Source: Paraspadella gotoi
Lineage: Eukaryota; Animalia; Chaetognatha
Assembly (NCBI GenBank): GCA_051294375.1
Contig: CM119267.1
Location: forward strand, 6,127,992-6,191,991
Direction of reading: 5' to 3'
DNA: 64,000 nt
In this document: piece after piece, positions 50,744-63,000 of the stretch
Layout of the letters: each line of letters opens with the position of its first letter
Position numbering within the stretch: the first letter of the stretch is position 1
Notes under the pieces: generated by a model
Told to the model about the DNA's origin: nothing
What the model saw: only the letters and a program-made list of their open reading frames with translations
Database searches by the model: none
Program-made: the position numbers and the translations under genes

Positions 50744-51679
50744 ATGAATCTTTCCGTTCCCAAACCTTGCTTCGACACGCCGTTTCATCTCAAGTGGCGA
50801 GAAGCGATGATCGCCGGCGCGAACGAGCACATCGCCCTGTACCTCAGCAGAGAGGCTAAGGACGCCCTCAAAAAGTTTCTGGCTCACCCGGCCTCGTTGC
50901 CGAAGGAAGAGGAAAAGATCGCCAGTTTCTTGACCAACAGCATGATAATCACCGAAAAATGGGTCATGGACGAAGTCCTCCAGTTTCTTGCTTCTATTCG
51001 CTACAAATTTGACGCGGGTTTCGAGGGCGTCGATAAGGAGCCGGCGAGCGAATCCAGCGGCGTTGGCGTGGCTTCCTCCGATGGTTTGTCCGTAGAGAAA
51101 CTTAGCATCAGGTCAGCATCCCCGCCCCCACGCTGTTGTCAAAAGTGTCAGACACCCTTTTCTGCTTTGGAAGTCATTCTTGACGGCGTTCCCCTCGCGA
51201 TTGACGAGACCGTCGTGGTTCGCCTTGTGGAGCGCGCGACCGGCGTCAGGCCCGTGGTAACGAAGCCACTGACTCGCCACGCCGATTCGGTCGCTTTCCT
51301 CATGCTGGCAGGCGATCGCGGGGATTTATTGACGATCGTCAACGCCGAAGACGATATCCTCAAAGAATTGGCTTCCCTCGGCGCCCCCGCTGAGGTCACC
51401 CCTCGCCTTTACTTGACCAAAGACGCCTGTCGATTTCTCGGCAACGTCGCCGCTGTATACACCGAGGAATATGTATTCACAGAAAAGACCAAAAAGAGAT
51501 TTATCCAAGTTCTGCCTGATTTCGTTACCTTGCTGGCTACCAACTTCTTCGCTGATATGAGCGGATTATTGGTCGTTTGCGGACATCCGCTTGACGTCAG
51601 GAAACTCCGCAAAAATGTTGAGGTCTTCAAAACCAAAGATGATAAGTTACATCTGGCCATCGTGGAAGATTGGAGCTAA
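50744..51679 (+). CDS. Uncharacterised intronless protein, 311 aa
   Basis: Long ORF with the same GC-rich codon style as neighbouring exons, flanked by AT-rich DNA. No family recognised. Confidence 0.65.
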   Translation: MNLSVPKPCFDTPFHLKWREAMIAGANEHIALYLSREAKDALKKFLAHPASLPKEEEKIASFLTNSMIITEKWVMDEVLQFLASIRYKFDAGFEGVDKEPASESSGVGVASSDGLSVEKLSIRSASPPPRCCQKCQTPFSALEVILDGVPLAIDETVVVRLVERATGVRPVVTKPLTRHADSVAFLMLAGDRGDLLTIVNAEDDILKELASLGAPAEVTPRLYLTKDACRFLGNVAAVYTEEYVFTEKTKKRFIQVLPDFVTLLATNFFADMSGLLVVCGHPLDVRKLRKNVEVFKTKDDKLHLAIVEDWS

Positions 51680-51896
51680 TGAACGAATTAGATTTACGTT
51701 TCATATTTCCATCATTAATTTGATCTATGATTTAATAAGCTAAATTCTATGATTTTTTATCTTTCTGAAGACTTTTTCCCTTCACTTATTTGCAGATGTA
51801 ATCCTCGGGCTTCCGACTTCTAGCGACCATGTAAAACTCCGTTGAGGGTCTTAATTCGTCTTCCTCTCATCTCGCCGCCGCCTTCATCTTTCTGCC

Positions 51897-54800
51897 ATGA
51901 CTCTTTTTAGGCTCCGCCTCGTTCCTCTTTTCCTTCTCGCCCTCTATCCCGCCCCATCTGCCCAAATGGACACTTTCTACTTCACCGAGTCTCCCCGCGA
52001 TGCACGGATCGTGGTCACCGAGGGTCAACCGTTGACCCTGCGATGCGACGTCAACGATTACCACCTCATCCGCGTCCACTGGACCAAGGACGATGCGGAT
52101 ATCGCCGACACACCCCGTCGTTACGTCGAATCCCGGTCCGAATATGGAACGTGGGTGCGCGGCGCCAATCTCCGCTTCGCTCGCGTAGCGCGCATCGAGG
52201 ACGCCGGTGCCTTTCGCTGTGTGGCCACGAACGTGTCTACTAATTACGCCATCATCACCCCGTCCGCCACCCGTCTCGTCGTCCGCTATCTGGACGACAA
52301 TGTTCGCGTAACGCTGAAATCGCCGCGATCCGCCGCCGACGTTCGGGCTGGCGTCGATGTTACGCTGCGGTGTGACGCGGAAGGAGATCCCGCCCCTCGA
52401 GTCGAGTGGTACAAAAACGGAATCCGTCTTTTTGAGGCGCCGAACAAGATGCAGTTGAGGAACAAGCAGCTCACGATTTCGCGGGTGACCTCCGGGGATA
52501 ACGGTTCCTTCTCCTGTCGCGCCGTCGTGATTCAAAATGGCGCCGAAGATCTCCACGCCGGGTCGGTAAACAGCTTCGCGCTGGTCGTCGACTCTGGGGA
52601 CTCCGCCGTCATCGAGGTTTGTCAGAATTGTGGTCTATGTGCCTAAATTGTGCCTTCTTCCTCAAAAGAGACGAAAAGTTATTTACAGCTTCTCAACAGT
52701 CAAGACAGAGTAAAAAAAATGTAGGCATGTACTAGATTGTCATAGTAATTACACACATGTTGTTCTTTTCTTTCTTTAAAGGTCCTTCCTGCAAACTTCG
52801 TCGCTCGTAAAAATTCCGCGGCTCGGATTGATTGCCGCTATCGTGACGCCGTCATCACTGAGTGGTATTACATGGAGGAGGGACCTTTAAAAAACAATTC
52901 CAAACATTCCGTCTTTCCCAACGGAACCTTGTCCTTCGCAAAAGCTCGCGCCGTGGACGAGGGCCTTTACAAATGCGTCGGTCTCGCCAATACTGGCCCC
53001 ACTCAAACATATTCTGCAAAGATGACGGTGGCAAAGCTCGAGGAGATGAACGTTAACAACTTCGAGCCGCGATTCGGTCAGAATCCCTTGATTTGGCGCG
53101 AGGGCACCGATTTGGAGCTTCGTTGTCGACCTCCCTACGGCTTTCCCGAACCCGCGGTCGTGTGGGAACTTCCGCCTCTCGATCCCGTCGCCGGATCGGC
53201 GCCCTTGGTCGACGCTTTGTTCCTTCGGATTCCTCGTATCGACGAAAGGCACTCGGGAAATTATTCCTGCGTGGCCAACAATTTTGCCGGTGAAAAGCGC
53301 GCCACTGCTCTGATAAAGGTGGTTCCGAAAGCGCGACTAGTCACGGAACCGTTAGCTAAGGTTACCGTTGACGAGGAGACCGACGCTCTCCTTCATTGCA
53401 AGGTCTCCGGAAGCGACTTCCCCACCACCCGTGTCCGATGGAAAAAGAACGGCGTCCTGGTATCGTCGTCGACGCGTCTCGTGGTCGGGGAGTCGACGGG
53501 CGAGTTGAGGATCAAGTCCGCCCGACTAGACGACGCCGGTAACTACGCCTGCGTGTTGATAAACCTTGGCTGGCCACCGGAGGAGAGCCGACTTGCAGCG
53601 TTATATGTCAAGCGCAAGCTGAAATTTAACCCCAAGCCCGTCAGTACGACCCTCGAGCTTGGATCTAATCATAAGATCTACTGCAACGCCGAGGGCGACG
53701 ACAAAGAAGAGGGCATCCGAGTTAAATGGTTCAAGATGCTCGATTCCGCTTCGCTTCAGCTTCAGTCGGATTGGCCGGATCACGTAACCGACTCGGACGG
53801 CGTTCTCCAGTTCTCCGGCGTCGTCGACTCCGACGGCGGGCGCTATACCTGCGTCGCCACGGGTCAAAAACGAGTCATCAACGCGACCATCTCTCTCACC
53901 GTGGTCGTCAAGCCCCGATTCAGCGTGCGACCCCAAAACGCCACGGTCAAGGAGGGCGAAACGGTGCTGATCGATTGCGCAGCCGAGGGCGATCCCCCAC
54001 CCACCATTCAATGGGACAAAGATCGCCAAGTAGGGAGGGATCTTGGACGGCGCTTCAACGAGCTCGACAACGGCAGCCTTTTGATCTCTGAAGTAGAAAT
54101 TCGCGACGCCGGAACTTATGGATGCACCGCCGGCAACAGCGGAGGTTTTTCGCGTGAAGAGATTTTGCTTCTCGTTCAGAGTTCTTCTCTTCCCAGCGTC
54201 AACACGGAAAAAAATAAGTTTCCCATGACCAACACGATCGCCATCGCCGTCGGCTGCGCCGTTGGATACATGGCGTTGGCCGTGGGGCTTCTTCTCTACT
54301 GCCGTCACAGGCGTCTCAAGGGGGACGGAGGGCCCTGCGACGACGACGACGACGAGGATGATGAGGAGGGCATTCTCAATCGCGATCGCAGCCGCGTTCA
54401 AGCGGGCACGTCACAGGTCGGGAACGGCCGAACGCCTGGCGATGGGATGGTAATCGAACTGAGACCTACGACGCCCAATGGACTGTACCAGGCGGGCTCG
54501 GACAAATCCTCCATTTATCACAAGTACGAAGTGATCGGATCGGATTTCGGCGGCGTCGAGGACGATGGCAGAGGACCCGGTTCCGTCAAATCAAAAACCT
54601 CCAAGCATTCCAACGGCAGCGCAGTCTCGGGGGCTCCCACTTCTGACGTTCGCCTGACGTTTTCCCGCCAGAAACTCGAGTCTCTCGGCATGTTGGGTCG
54701 CGGGGAATTCGGCGACGTCTTCGTGGCCAGAGCTCGAGGCATCCGCGGGCCGGAAGACGTTGATCGAGCCTCGGGAGAGCCTAACCTCACGCTGGTCTTC

Positions 54801-55708
54801 GTTAAGAGCCTCCTGACCAAGGACGAGCAGCTCCATTACGCCTTCAAATCGGAGGTGGAGATGTACGCAAAGTTAAATCACGCCCACGTGACGCCCCTCT
54901 TGGCCTTGTGCCGCGAAGCGGAGCCTCACTTCATGGTGATGGAATACCCCGAATGGGGCGATCTCAAACAATACCTCATTGCTTCGAGAAAAGAGAAGCA
55001 CCGGGGTAGTGGGGGCAAAGGAGGCAACACCCCAGGGACGGAAAATGCTGAGAAAAGACTCAAACCAAGGGCGCCACCTCTGACATCAGCTCAGAAAATC
55101 ACCATCGTCCAACAGGTGGGGGGGAAATCGGCTCTCAAAAATTATCCATTTTTTAAATCTAAATAAAATATTTTTTTATTTTTCAACGTAATCTTACAAA
55201 GAAAAACTTTATTCAAAACAAACTTTAGGTGGCGTCAGGCATGGAACACCTGTCCCAGCACAGATTCGTCCATGGCGACATCGCCGCCCGCAACGTTCTT
55301 ATTTCGGCAACTCTCGACGCCAAGATCAGCAGCGTGTCCCTCACGCGCGAATCGCCCTACGCCCGCGAATACTCACGACTCGTGCGAAACGTTCCGCTGC
55401 CGATCCGTTGGCTCCCTTCCGAGGCGATCTTCGAGGATGACTTCTCCACCAAATCCGACGTCCACTCCTTTGCTGTTCTCGTCTGGGAGATTTACGCCCA
55501 GGGCTCAATGCCATTCAAAGACATGACGGACGAGGCTTTACTTGCCGCAAGGCAAGAAGGCGAATTGTCGCTGACGATACCCTCTTCTACGCCTCGAACG
55601 CTGACGGCGCTGCTAGAGAGAGCGTGGAGCCCGTCTCCAAGGTCTCGGCCCGCCTTTACCGACATCGTCGCTGCGCTAGGAGACGCATTAGCCGAGTCCA
55701 AGATTTAA
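51897..55708 (+). CDS. PTK7: Inactive tyrosine-protein kinase 7 (PTK7/off-track); exons 51897-52616, 52782-55114, 55229-55708
   Basis: Signal peptide, seven Ig domains, TM helix (TIAIAVGCAVGYMALAVGLLLYC), pseudokinase with LGRGEFG, VFVKSL, WGDLKQYL, HGDIAARN and no DFG. Confidence 0.92.
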
Positions 55709-57209
55709 AAAAAATGTTTTCTTTCCCCAAAGGGTTCAAAGAAAATGTCTAGGAAACAAATTTAGTACTTATTAATATTTTTTTTGAAGGACCCTTCCTT
55801 TAAGGACCCAACTTCAATAATACTTGACAAAAAAGCGCGCAAATCCGCCTTCATACTTCATATTTTTGCTTAACCAAGACTTCAGGTTTCAACTTAACTA
55901 ATTTTGCAATTATGAATGTTGCCTTATTTTATCGAGTTTTAATTTCATAAGATTAAAGAATTGTCTCATATTTTTCAACAAGTTGCCATTTATGGTTTTT
56001 TTTCTTATGAATTTATTCACTCTTGGCGGCCTTTCACTTCCAACAGCCTCTGGATGGCTTCTGACAAGTTTTCATTTACTTGTTTGACGTTTGTGCAACC
56101 TTAGCAAAATGACAATACTTACAAATCTTGATCACAAAAATTTTGGAGCTTACTTTTTTCATGTATGTATTTTCTTATGTATTTTTAAAACATGTAATGT
56201 TATTAAGAAAGTTATTTTCTGATTTTAAAAAATCTTGAAGACGAAAACCAAATGAGTGTAATTTATTCTGTTTTGTACATAATTTTTAACCTTGGCTGTT
56301 GGCCAATTTCATGTTTCATAACTTTTTTATTTCTATAAATTCTATCTATTTTTTACAAATTATAACATTGATAGATGTAGTAAGACTCGGTCTTATTTTT
56401 TGTCAATTTATGAAATCGTTAACTGACATAATTTGCATTGGTTACGAGCTGAACAATAATAAACAACAGCATGTAATTTTGTTTGCTGTACCAAGTGTTG
56501 CTTACTATTTTAATGATCATAATATTGTAAGGTCTTTTTTACTTTAACACAATGTTCCAGTTTTATGGATTTTTTGTTAAAGGAATTTCTAGCATAAACT
56601 ATCACCTAATTTTTAAAATCATGTTTATGTATAATTAGTAATGAAGAACTGAATAATATTGAACAATGAACATAATTGAAAAAAGGATTGAATTTTCGGT
56701 AAGTTTTTTAATCACGTGTTGACACAATCGGCTTTAGTTTTTTGGGTTTATCTACTCATTAGATACTGCTGTTTTTTAACGTTAACTGTTGATAAAATAT
56801 TTTAAATAGTATTACTAGTTGTAATGGAAAACTGTTACATTTTGACATAGAGAAATAATACTTTCTTCACTTCGTTGATTTGTTTACATATACATTTTAT
56901 GAATGAGCGCTCGACTGCTGTTTTCGTGAATGTTTTCGAACCTCCATAACCATTTCCAGGTTTTTATCTTAACTTGTCAAGTTGTCAAGTTTTAAATGTC
57001 CTCATCGTTGTCCTTTTTATTTGCAGGATATATATTAAAAAAACAGGAAATAATAAATTAACTACATCTTCTGAATCCAATGTTTTCCAAGTAATATTTT
57101 AGTTTCATGCCTTTAAATAACCCCGTTTAAAGTGACGATGTGGTTGTCTGTTTATTAATTTTCTAATTATTACCCGTGATATGTTGGATGTTTTCAGAAA
57201 AGAATAAAA

Positions 57210-59993
57210 ATGGAATCTTTGTTAGAACAACAGCGACGTCAGCATGAAGAACGGGAAAGGCTGTCGGACGCATTAACTAAAGAAAATTTAATGACGAAAA
57301 AAACCAGCCGGGATCAGATCAACTCGGATCATCGGTCAAGGATCCTTCTTGACAGATTTATGGATTCCACGGAAGCCCTCAAAGAGGTCTACGAGGACAA
57401 GGTCAGTTCGAGTGATGCTACTTTGTGTGGCAATTTTCGGTTCAGCGGCTTGAAAGTAAAGAATTCGGGCGATTCTTCAACCTCTGTACCGAATAGTTTA
57501 ATTAGAACTCTTGAACTAAAATAAAGTTTATTACAATTCTATGATATCTCATTGACTTATGGAGGAAATGGAAGTTTCGAAGATAGTCGATTTTTAAATC
57601 TTTTCCAGCCTTTGAGCTTGAATCGGCTTCGCGAATGGTCTAATTGTTCATGAAAATTTTTTTTAAACTTTGTATGGATGCTATAGTTCAACTATTGTTC
57701 ACCTTTGGAAGCAATTTCTTCATTCCATTTTTCGGAAGGAATCATTTGGATTTCTCCATTTGGTAATTCTTTGATCCTGAAAGATAACATGTCATAAAGT
57801 TAAAAGTAAACAAGACACAGCTATATTACTGTTCCGGCATTAATATTGTGATTTTCTTTTATCCTTGTATTCTTATTAATTCACTCTTGATATTTTTTTT
57901 CGCAATGATTATATTTTGTGAGCTAAAACAACCTGCCCCCTGGCAGATTCCCGAACCAACGGACAATAACCGAAATACTCCCATTGAGTAACGTCTAGTT
58001 AAGTATAAAAAATAATTACACTTTTAAACTTACGTGAACCACTGTCGGTGGAGAATAATACAATTATAGATGAATAAAAAAAAAATTATTAGGATTATTA
58101 TCATCTGAAATTGGCTATGTTTTTGTGTGAGTAAGGTGAAACTGTCGGAAGGTAATTTTCTTATTAACGTCGCAAGCTGTAAATAACACATTCTTTGTTT
58201 AACGAGAAAAGCGTTATTAATATTCCTGAAAAGCTTTTTTCAATTTTTTATTTGTGTATGTTGAAAAACCTATAATTGTAAAGTCATTCTCCACCTCTCC
58301 TTCCTCTTCGTTTTCATTGTCATCCGACTCAGGAAAGTGATTAAAGTTCACGTTTTGCCATCCTTCCAAGTCTTCCTTGAATTAAAATACATTTATTGAT
58401 TCAGTGTCTTAAATCTTTTTTCTGTAGGGGTAATTCGGAACACTGACATATTAAATGCACCAAAAAATTTAAAAAATTGTGTATAGATTTTATATTTCAT
58501 TTTATATTTCACCAACTTCACTTTCGATTATTAAAGTTACAGCATTCGGTTGCTGCTGCAACAGCAATTTCAAAGCTGCTAGTCAAATATAAATAGAAAT
58601 GATAAATAAAAAGAATAAGAAAAAATAACTTTTGATATAAAAAGGGGAAAATAAAATATTGAAAAGAAAGATGGGGACAAAATTCAGGAATAGAAGGAAA
58701 CAAAAAACTTTGTCAAAAATACTATAAATAAAAAAAATATATACAAATTATTAACAATTATTTTATAAGATTTACAATTTTTTATACATAAAACATTAAT
58801 GAAAGGATTATGCTCTTAATAATAGTGTTTGTTATTATTTTCGGTCTAATTATAAATAATTATACATAATATATTGGTAAACGGGGTAAAACTGAACACT
58901 TTTCTATTTTTAAAAAAAATGCGGCCCCGAGGGATAAAAACGAATACATCAACCTGTAGATATATCACCAATTTTTTTTTTTTAAATAAATTTACTATGC
59001 GAAAAATTTAATTACTTTCAAAAGTGTTCCGAATTACCCCGCATTACCCTATAAAAATACAGGTCGAGAGAAAGAAGGGGTTACAAAGATCCTCTGACAT
59101 CGTGGTTAGCCCCCTCTATTGGTGTGCCCAGTGTGGATCTGGCGTTACTTGCCACCGGTGGTTTAACAGGCCTTTCATTCCTTTACAAGACCGTTCGGAC
59201 CAGGCTAGAATCCAGCCTATTTCACTATTACGATAGTGATGTTTAGAACAGTCGTATCCAACGTTCGTAATATTAACTCGCTACAATAATAGTAATCAGG
59301 AGGCCCGATTAAAAATTTTCCTAAATTTTTTAGCAAATATTACTGCAATGAATCAAATGGAACTCCGTCAATAGTGTGACGCGGGAATTCATTGCTTGGC
59401 TCAAAATATTCTTGGGAACGAAAAGGACCCTTTCCATTGTAATTAGCTGTGAATATAGTAGGAAAAAAAAGTTGGAGCAAACAAATGTCGGATCTGCCTA
59501 CGATAATTAATTAATTAATTGATTAATAATTAATTAAATAGATTAATTTATTAATTAATAGATTAAAATTAAATTAATTAATTAATAGATTAATTATAAT
59601 TTATATTCAGCTTGTCACATCGATGTCCTTAAAATTGAGTCAGCGGACAGTTATTAAATGTTTTGTTTACATTTATCAAACAAACAAAATATCTCTATTA
59701 TCGAGCCAGGCGGGCAAAGCCGTCTGTCTAGATTTTTTTTCGGTTTAGCTTTCGGTCTCGCTTGTTTTGCAATCATGCTCCTGAAAGTGTGATATCATAG
59801 GAGTTGATTTTCATATATGGCTTCTAATCATCCAAGATCTTTAAAATTCTCATGTTTCATATCAATATTGGTATTTGTTTATGTTTTTATTTACAAAACA
59901 AAAACGTTTTAATTATATGTCGCTCTCTCTCTCTCTTTTTCTCCGTCACTGCTTCTTCTAAAAACGAGTTCCGGCTCTGCAGCGTCTGTCCAG

Positions 59994-60024
<31 letters not shown>

Positions 60025-63000
60025 GCTCTCTCTCTCTCCTCCTCTTTTTTTTACAAAAAAATTTTTAGATATAATGTGGGTTCACTAATGTAAAAAACGA
60101 TGCCCAGCGAACAGGGCGCGAACCTGGGTCCTTTGGTAGAGAATAGCTCACGCTACGTGCGGCGCCATAGTACTGCTGATTCTTTAACGAGTAAAGGGCT
60201 GTAGAGCTTTCTCTCTCTCTCTCTTTTAATTATTATATATCGTTCTTTCTCTTTCTTTTTCTCTGCAGCGGCTGTCTCTCCTCTCTCTCTTTTCTCTCTC
60301 TCTCTCTGTCTCTCTGTCTCTCTGTGTGTTCTGTCCCTATCTGTCCGATCTTTTGCGTGATCGTTTGTTTTTTGAAAAATTCTGATATTTTTTTCCTTCT
60401 AAAACTTTTTATATTGCCATTTTTTCCGCGCTTGTTTTTCAATACAAAATCCCATATTTTCATCCGAGATTTTCGTGGATTTAATTCTCTTTCTTCTCTC
60501 TCTCTCTCTCTCTTTTCTCTCTCTCTCTTTCTTCTCTCTCTTCCTCTCTCTTCTCTCTCTCTCCTCTCTCTCTCTCTCTTCACTCTACACGCCATTTGTT
60601 TGTTTTATTGACTATCATCGCATCAATGAATGACAATCATCGATCAATGAATGACAATCATCGCATCACTGAATGACTATCATCACAGCAGTGAAATGAC
60701 GTATCATCGCATCAAATAATTGATTATCATCGAATCAATAATCAATTCCTATTACATCAATAAATTACTATACATCAATCAATTAGTATTATTCCAATCA
60801 ATTACTAGTACATCAACAATCGTGTATCGCATGATTCATTCGTTTTTTCCCCGGGTTTTTCATTAATTTTCTATGATAGTGGGCTCTGCTCGATCTGAGT
60901 CTTTTAGATTTTTTTATTTTATGTCTCCTTTCTCTCTCTCTCTCTCTTCTCTCTCTCTCTTCTTTCTCACTCTCACTGCTCTCTCTCTCTCCTCTACTCT
61001 CTCTCTTCTCTCTCTCTCTCTTTTTATGCAATAGCGACGATCCTTATGCTTTTAAGATTTTTTTAACTGCAGTCATTTTTTCAACTTGCATCATTTTTTC
61101 AACTTGCATTCCGCAAAACTTTATATCTAGCTTCTTCACTCACTTTTCCTACCGGCTCACAAAATTTCATCTCAATCTATCATGGGTTAAAATAAATACA
61201 AAAGATTCAAGTAAATGTGACTCTATATTTTTTTCATTTAACTCTTTCCACTGGTACGTTTCACTGAAACTTTATATCAAGCTTCGTCATACGTTTTCCT
61301 ATCCCCACACACAAAATTTCAACTCAATCTATCCTCCAAATTATGATTAATTGGAGTATTATTGGTTAAAATAAGTAAAAGATATTTTAGTAAATTCGAC
61401 TTATGTTTTTTCCATTTAACTAATTTCACTCACACGATTCCATCGAAATTTGTATATCCAGCTTTATCACACACTTTCCTACCCACACACAAAATTTAAT
61501 TCCAATCCAACCAGCCAATCACGAGTTATTGGAGCTTTTTGCTAAGATGGGACGGATGGACGGATGATTGACTAATTAATTAATTATTGATTAATTTATT
61601 TACTAACTTGATTAATTAACTGATTAATTATTTGATTTATTAATACATCCTGCAGATACATTTAATATAAAAGGAAAAAGAAGCATAATCAATTATTAAA
61701 ACAGGTTTTTTGTTTTTTTCCATTTTAAAATCATTTCCACTCAACTATTCCATTCGAAACTTGATTTCCTGTTCAATCACACCTTTCCTACCCACATACA
61801 AAATTGCAGGTCAATCAGTCCATCCACTCATGAGCAATGGTGTTCAAATAGTGAATATATTTTTTTGTTTTTTCCATTTAAACTCATTTCCACTCGGACG
61901 ATTCCATCGAAACTTAATTCCAGCTCAATCACACACTTACCTATCCACACACAAATTTCATTTAAATCCATCCATCCAATCACGAGTAATTGGTGTTTTT
62001 TGCTAAGGTGGGACGGACGGACGGACGGACGGACGACGGACAGAACGGACGGACGGACATCATTTTTTTTTGCATAATTTATCATAATTCGATGTTCTGA
62101 ACATGATATAAGTGTGTGCCCGACAATATTGGGCGGCGGACCGACGGACCGAAAAAGTGAGTTATAAAAGTGAGTTATAGAGTCGGGATCTGCTGATAAG
62201 CAGATCCGACTAAAATTAAATGCAACGAATAAAAAAACGAAAAAATTCCGAACAAAATTTTCCTTCTAATTCGAAATTGATTCCGTCGACTTGGAAGTTA
62301 GGAATGTCGACGTCATGTGGAAAATCAATTTCAGTGACTTCCGCACACAAGTTTCCAATGAAGAAAACTGCAAAAAAAAATATTAATATAAAAAAAATAA
62401 AAGATGAACTTCCACCAAAGCTTTTTGTATTTTTTTGCTCAACGAATAATCTACCCGAAGTCGCTCCTGAAGAACTTCTGCTGTATCGATTTGGATGCAC
62501 ATGCCTCAACGTTCCAGGGCTTATTCTAAATTAAATTCCTTTAAGTATATCCTTTAAGTATATATATCCTTTAAGTAATGAAAATATTACCCGTATTTTT
62601 GCCATATTTGTTCTCGCAGCACATTATCATTAGCTCCGCTCAAGTCGGGGAATTCTTTACGACAACCCTTTTTAAAAGAATCAATTATGGTTTTGCTTGG
62701 TCGGATTGGATAGCTCCCATATTTAACGCTGCACCTGTCTGATTTTTATTAAATTTTCTTCCACACTTCTGTTAGGATGGGCTTCGGAAGGAAGAAGTTT
62801 CTGCTCTGTCCGGCCCAAACGAGTTCGCTGAGTTTTATTCTCGCCTAAAATCCATCAAGGAGTTTCATAAGAAGCATCCCAACGAGATCACAGTTCCCAT
62901 GTCCTTGGAATTTGAGGAGATAGCCAAGGTGCGTCCCTTGCACGGATTAGATTAATTAATGGAATTTTTGTTAGCAAATTATTTCATTTTGTTTGTTGCT

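Larger units (their letters stand above)
59922..61021. repeat. Cluster of (CT)n-rich microsatellites
   Basis: Multiple CT/CTT runs at ~59990-60045, 60270-60325, 60485-60580 and 60925-61020. Confidence 0.9.

Noticed and set aside
57440-58380. Coding-like patches on the minus strand within SF3A3 intron 1
   Set aside because: Interrupted by stops in all frames and no family recognised. At most a decayed TE or gene fragment.
60609-60742. Short direct repeats as a possible CRISPR array
   Set aside because: Head-to-tail degenerate units with no unique spacers, in a eukaryotic intron and with no cas genes.
60233-61031. RE-repeat and LS-repeat ORFs
   Set aside because: Translations of (CT)n microsatellites.
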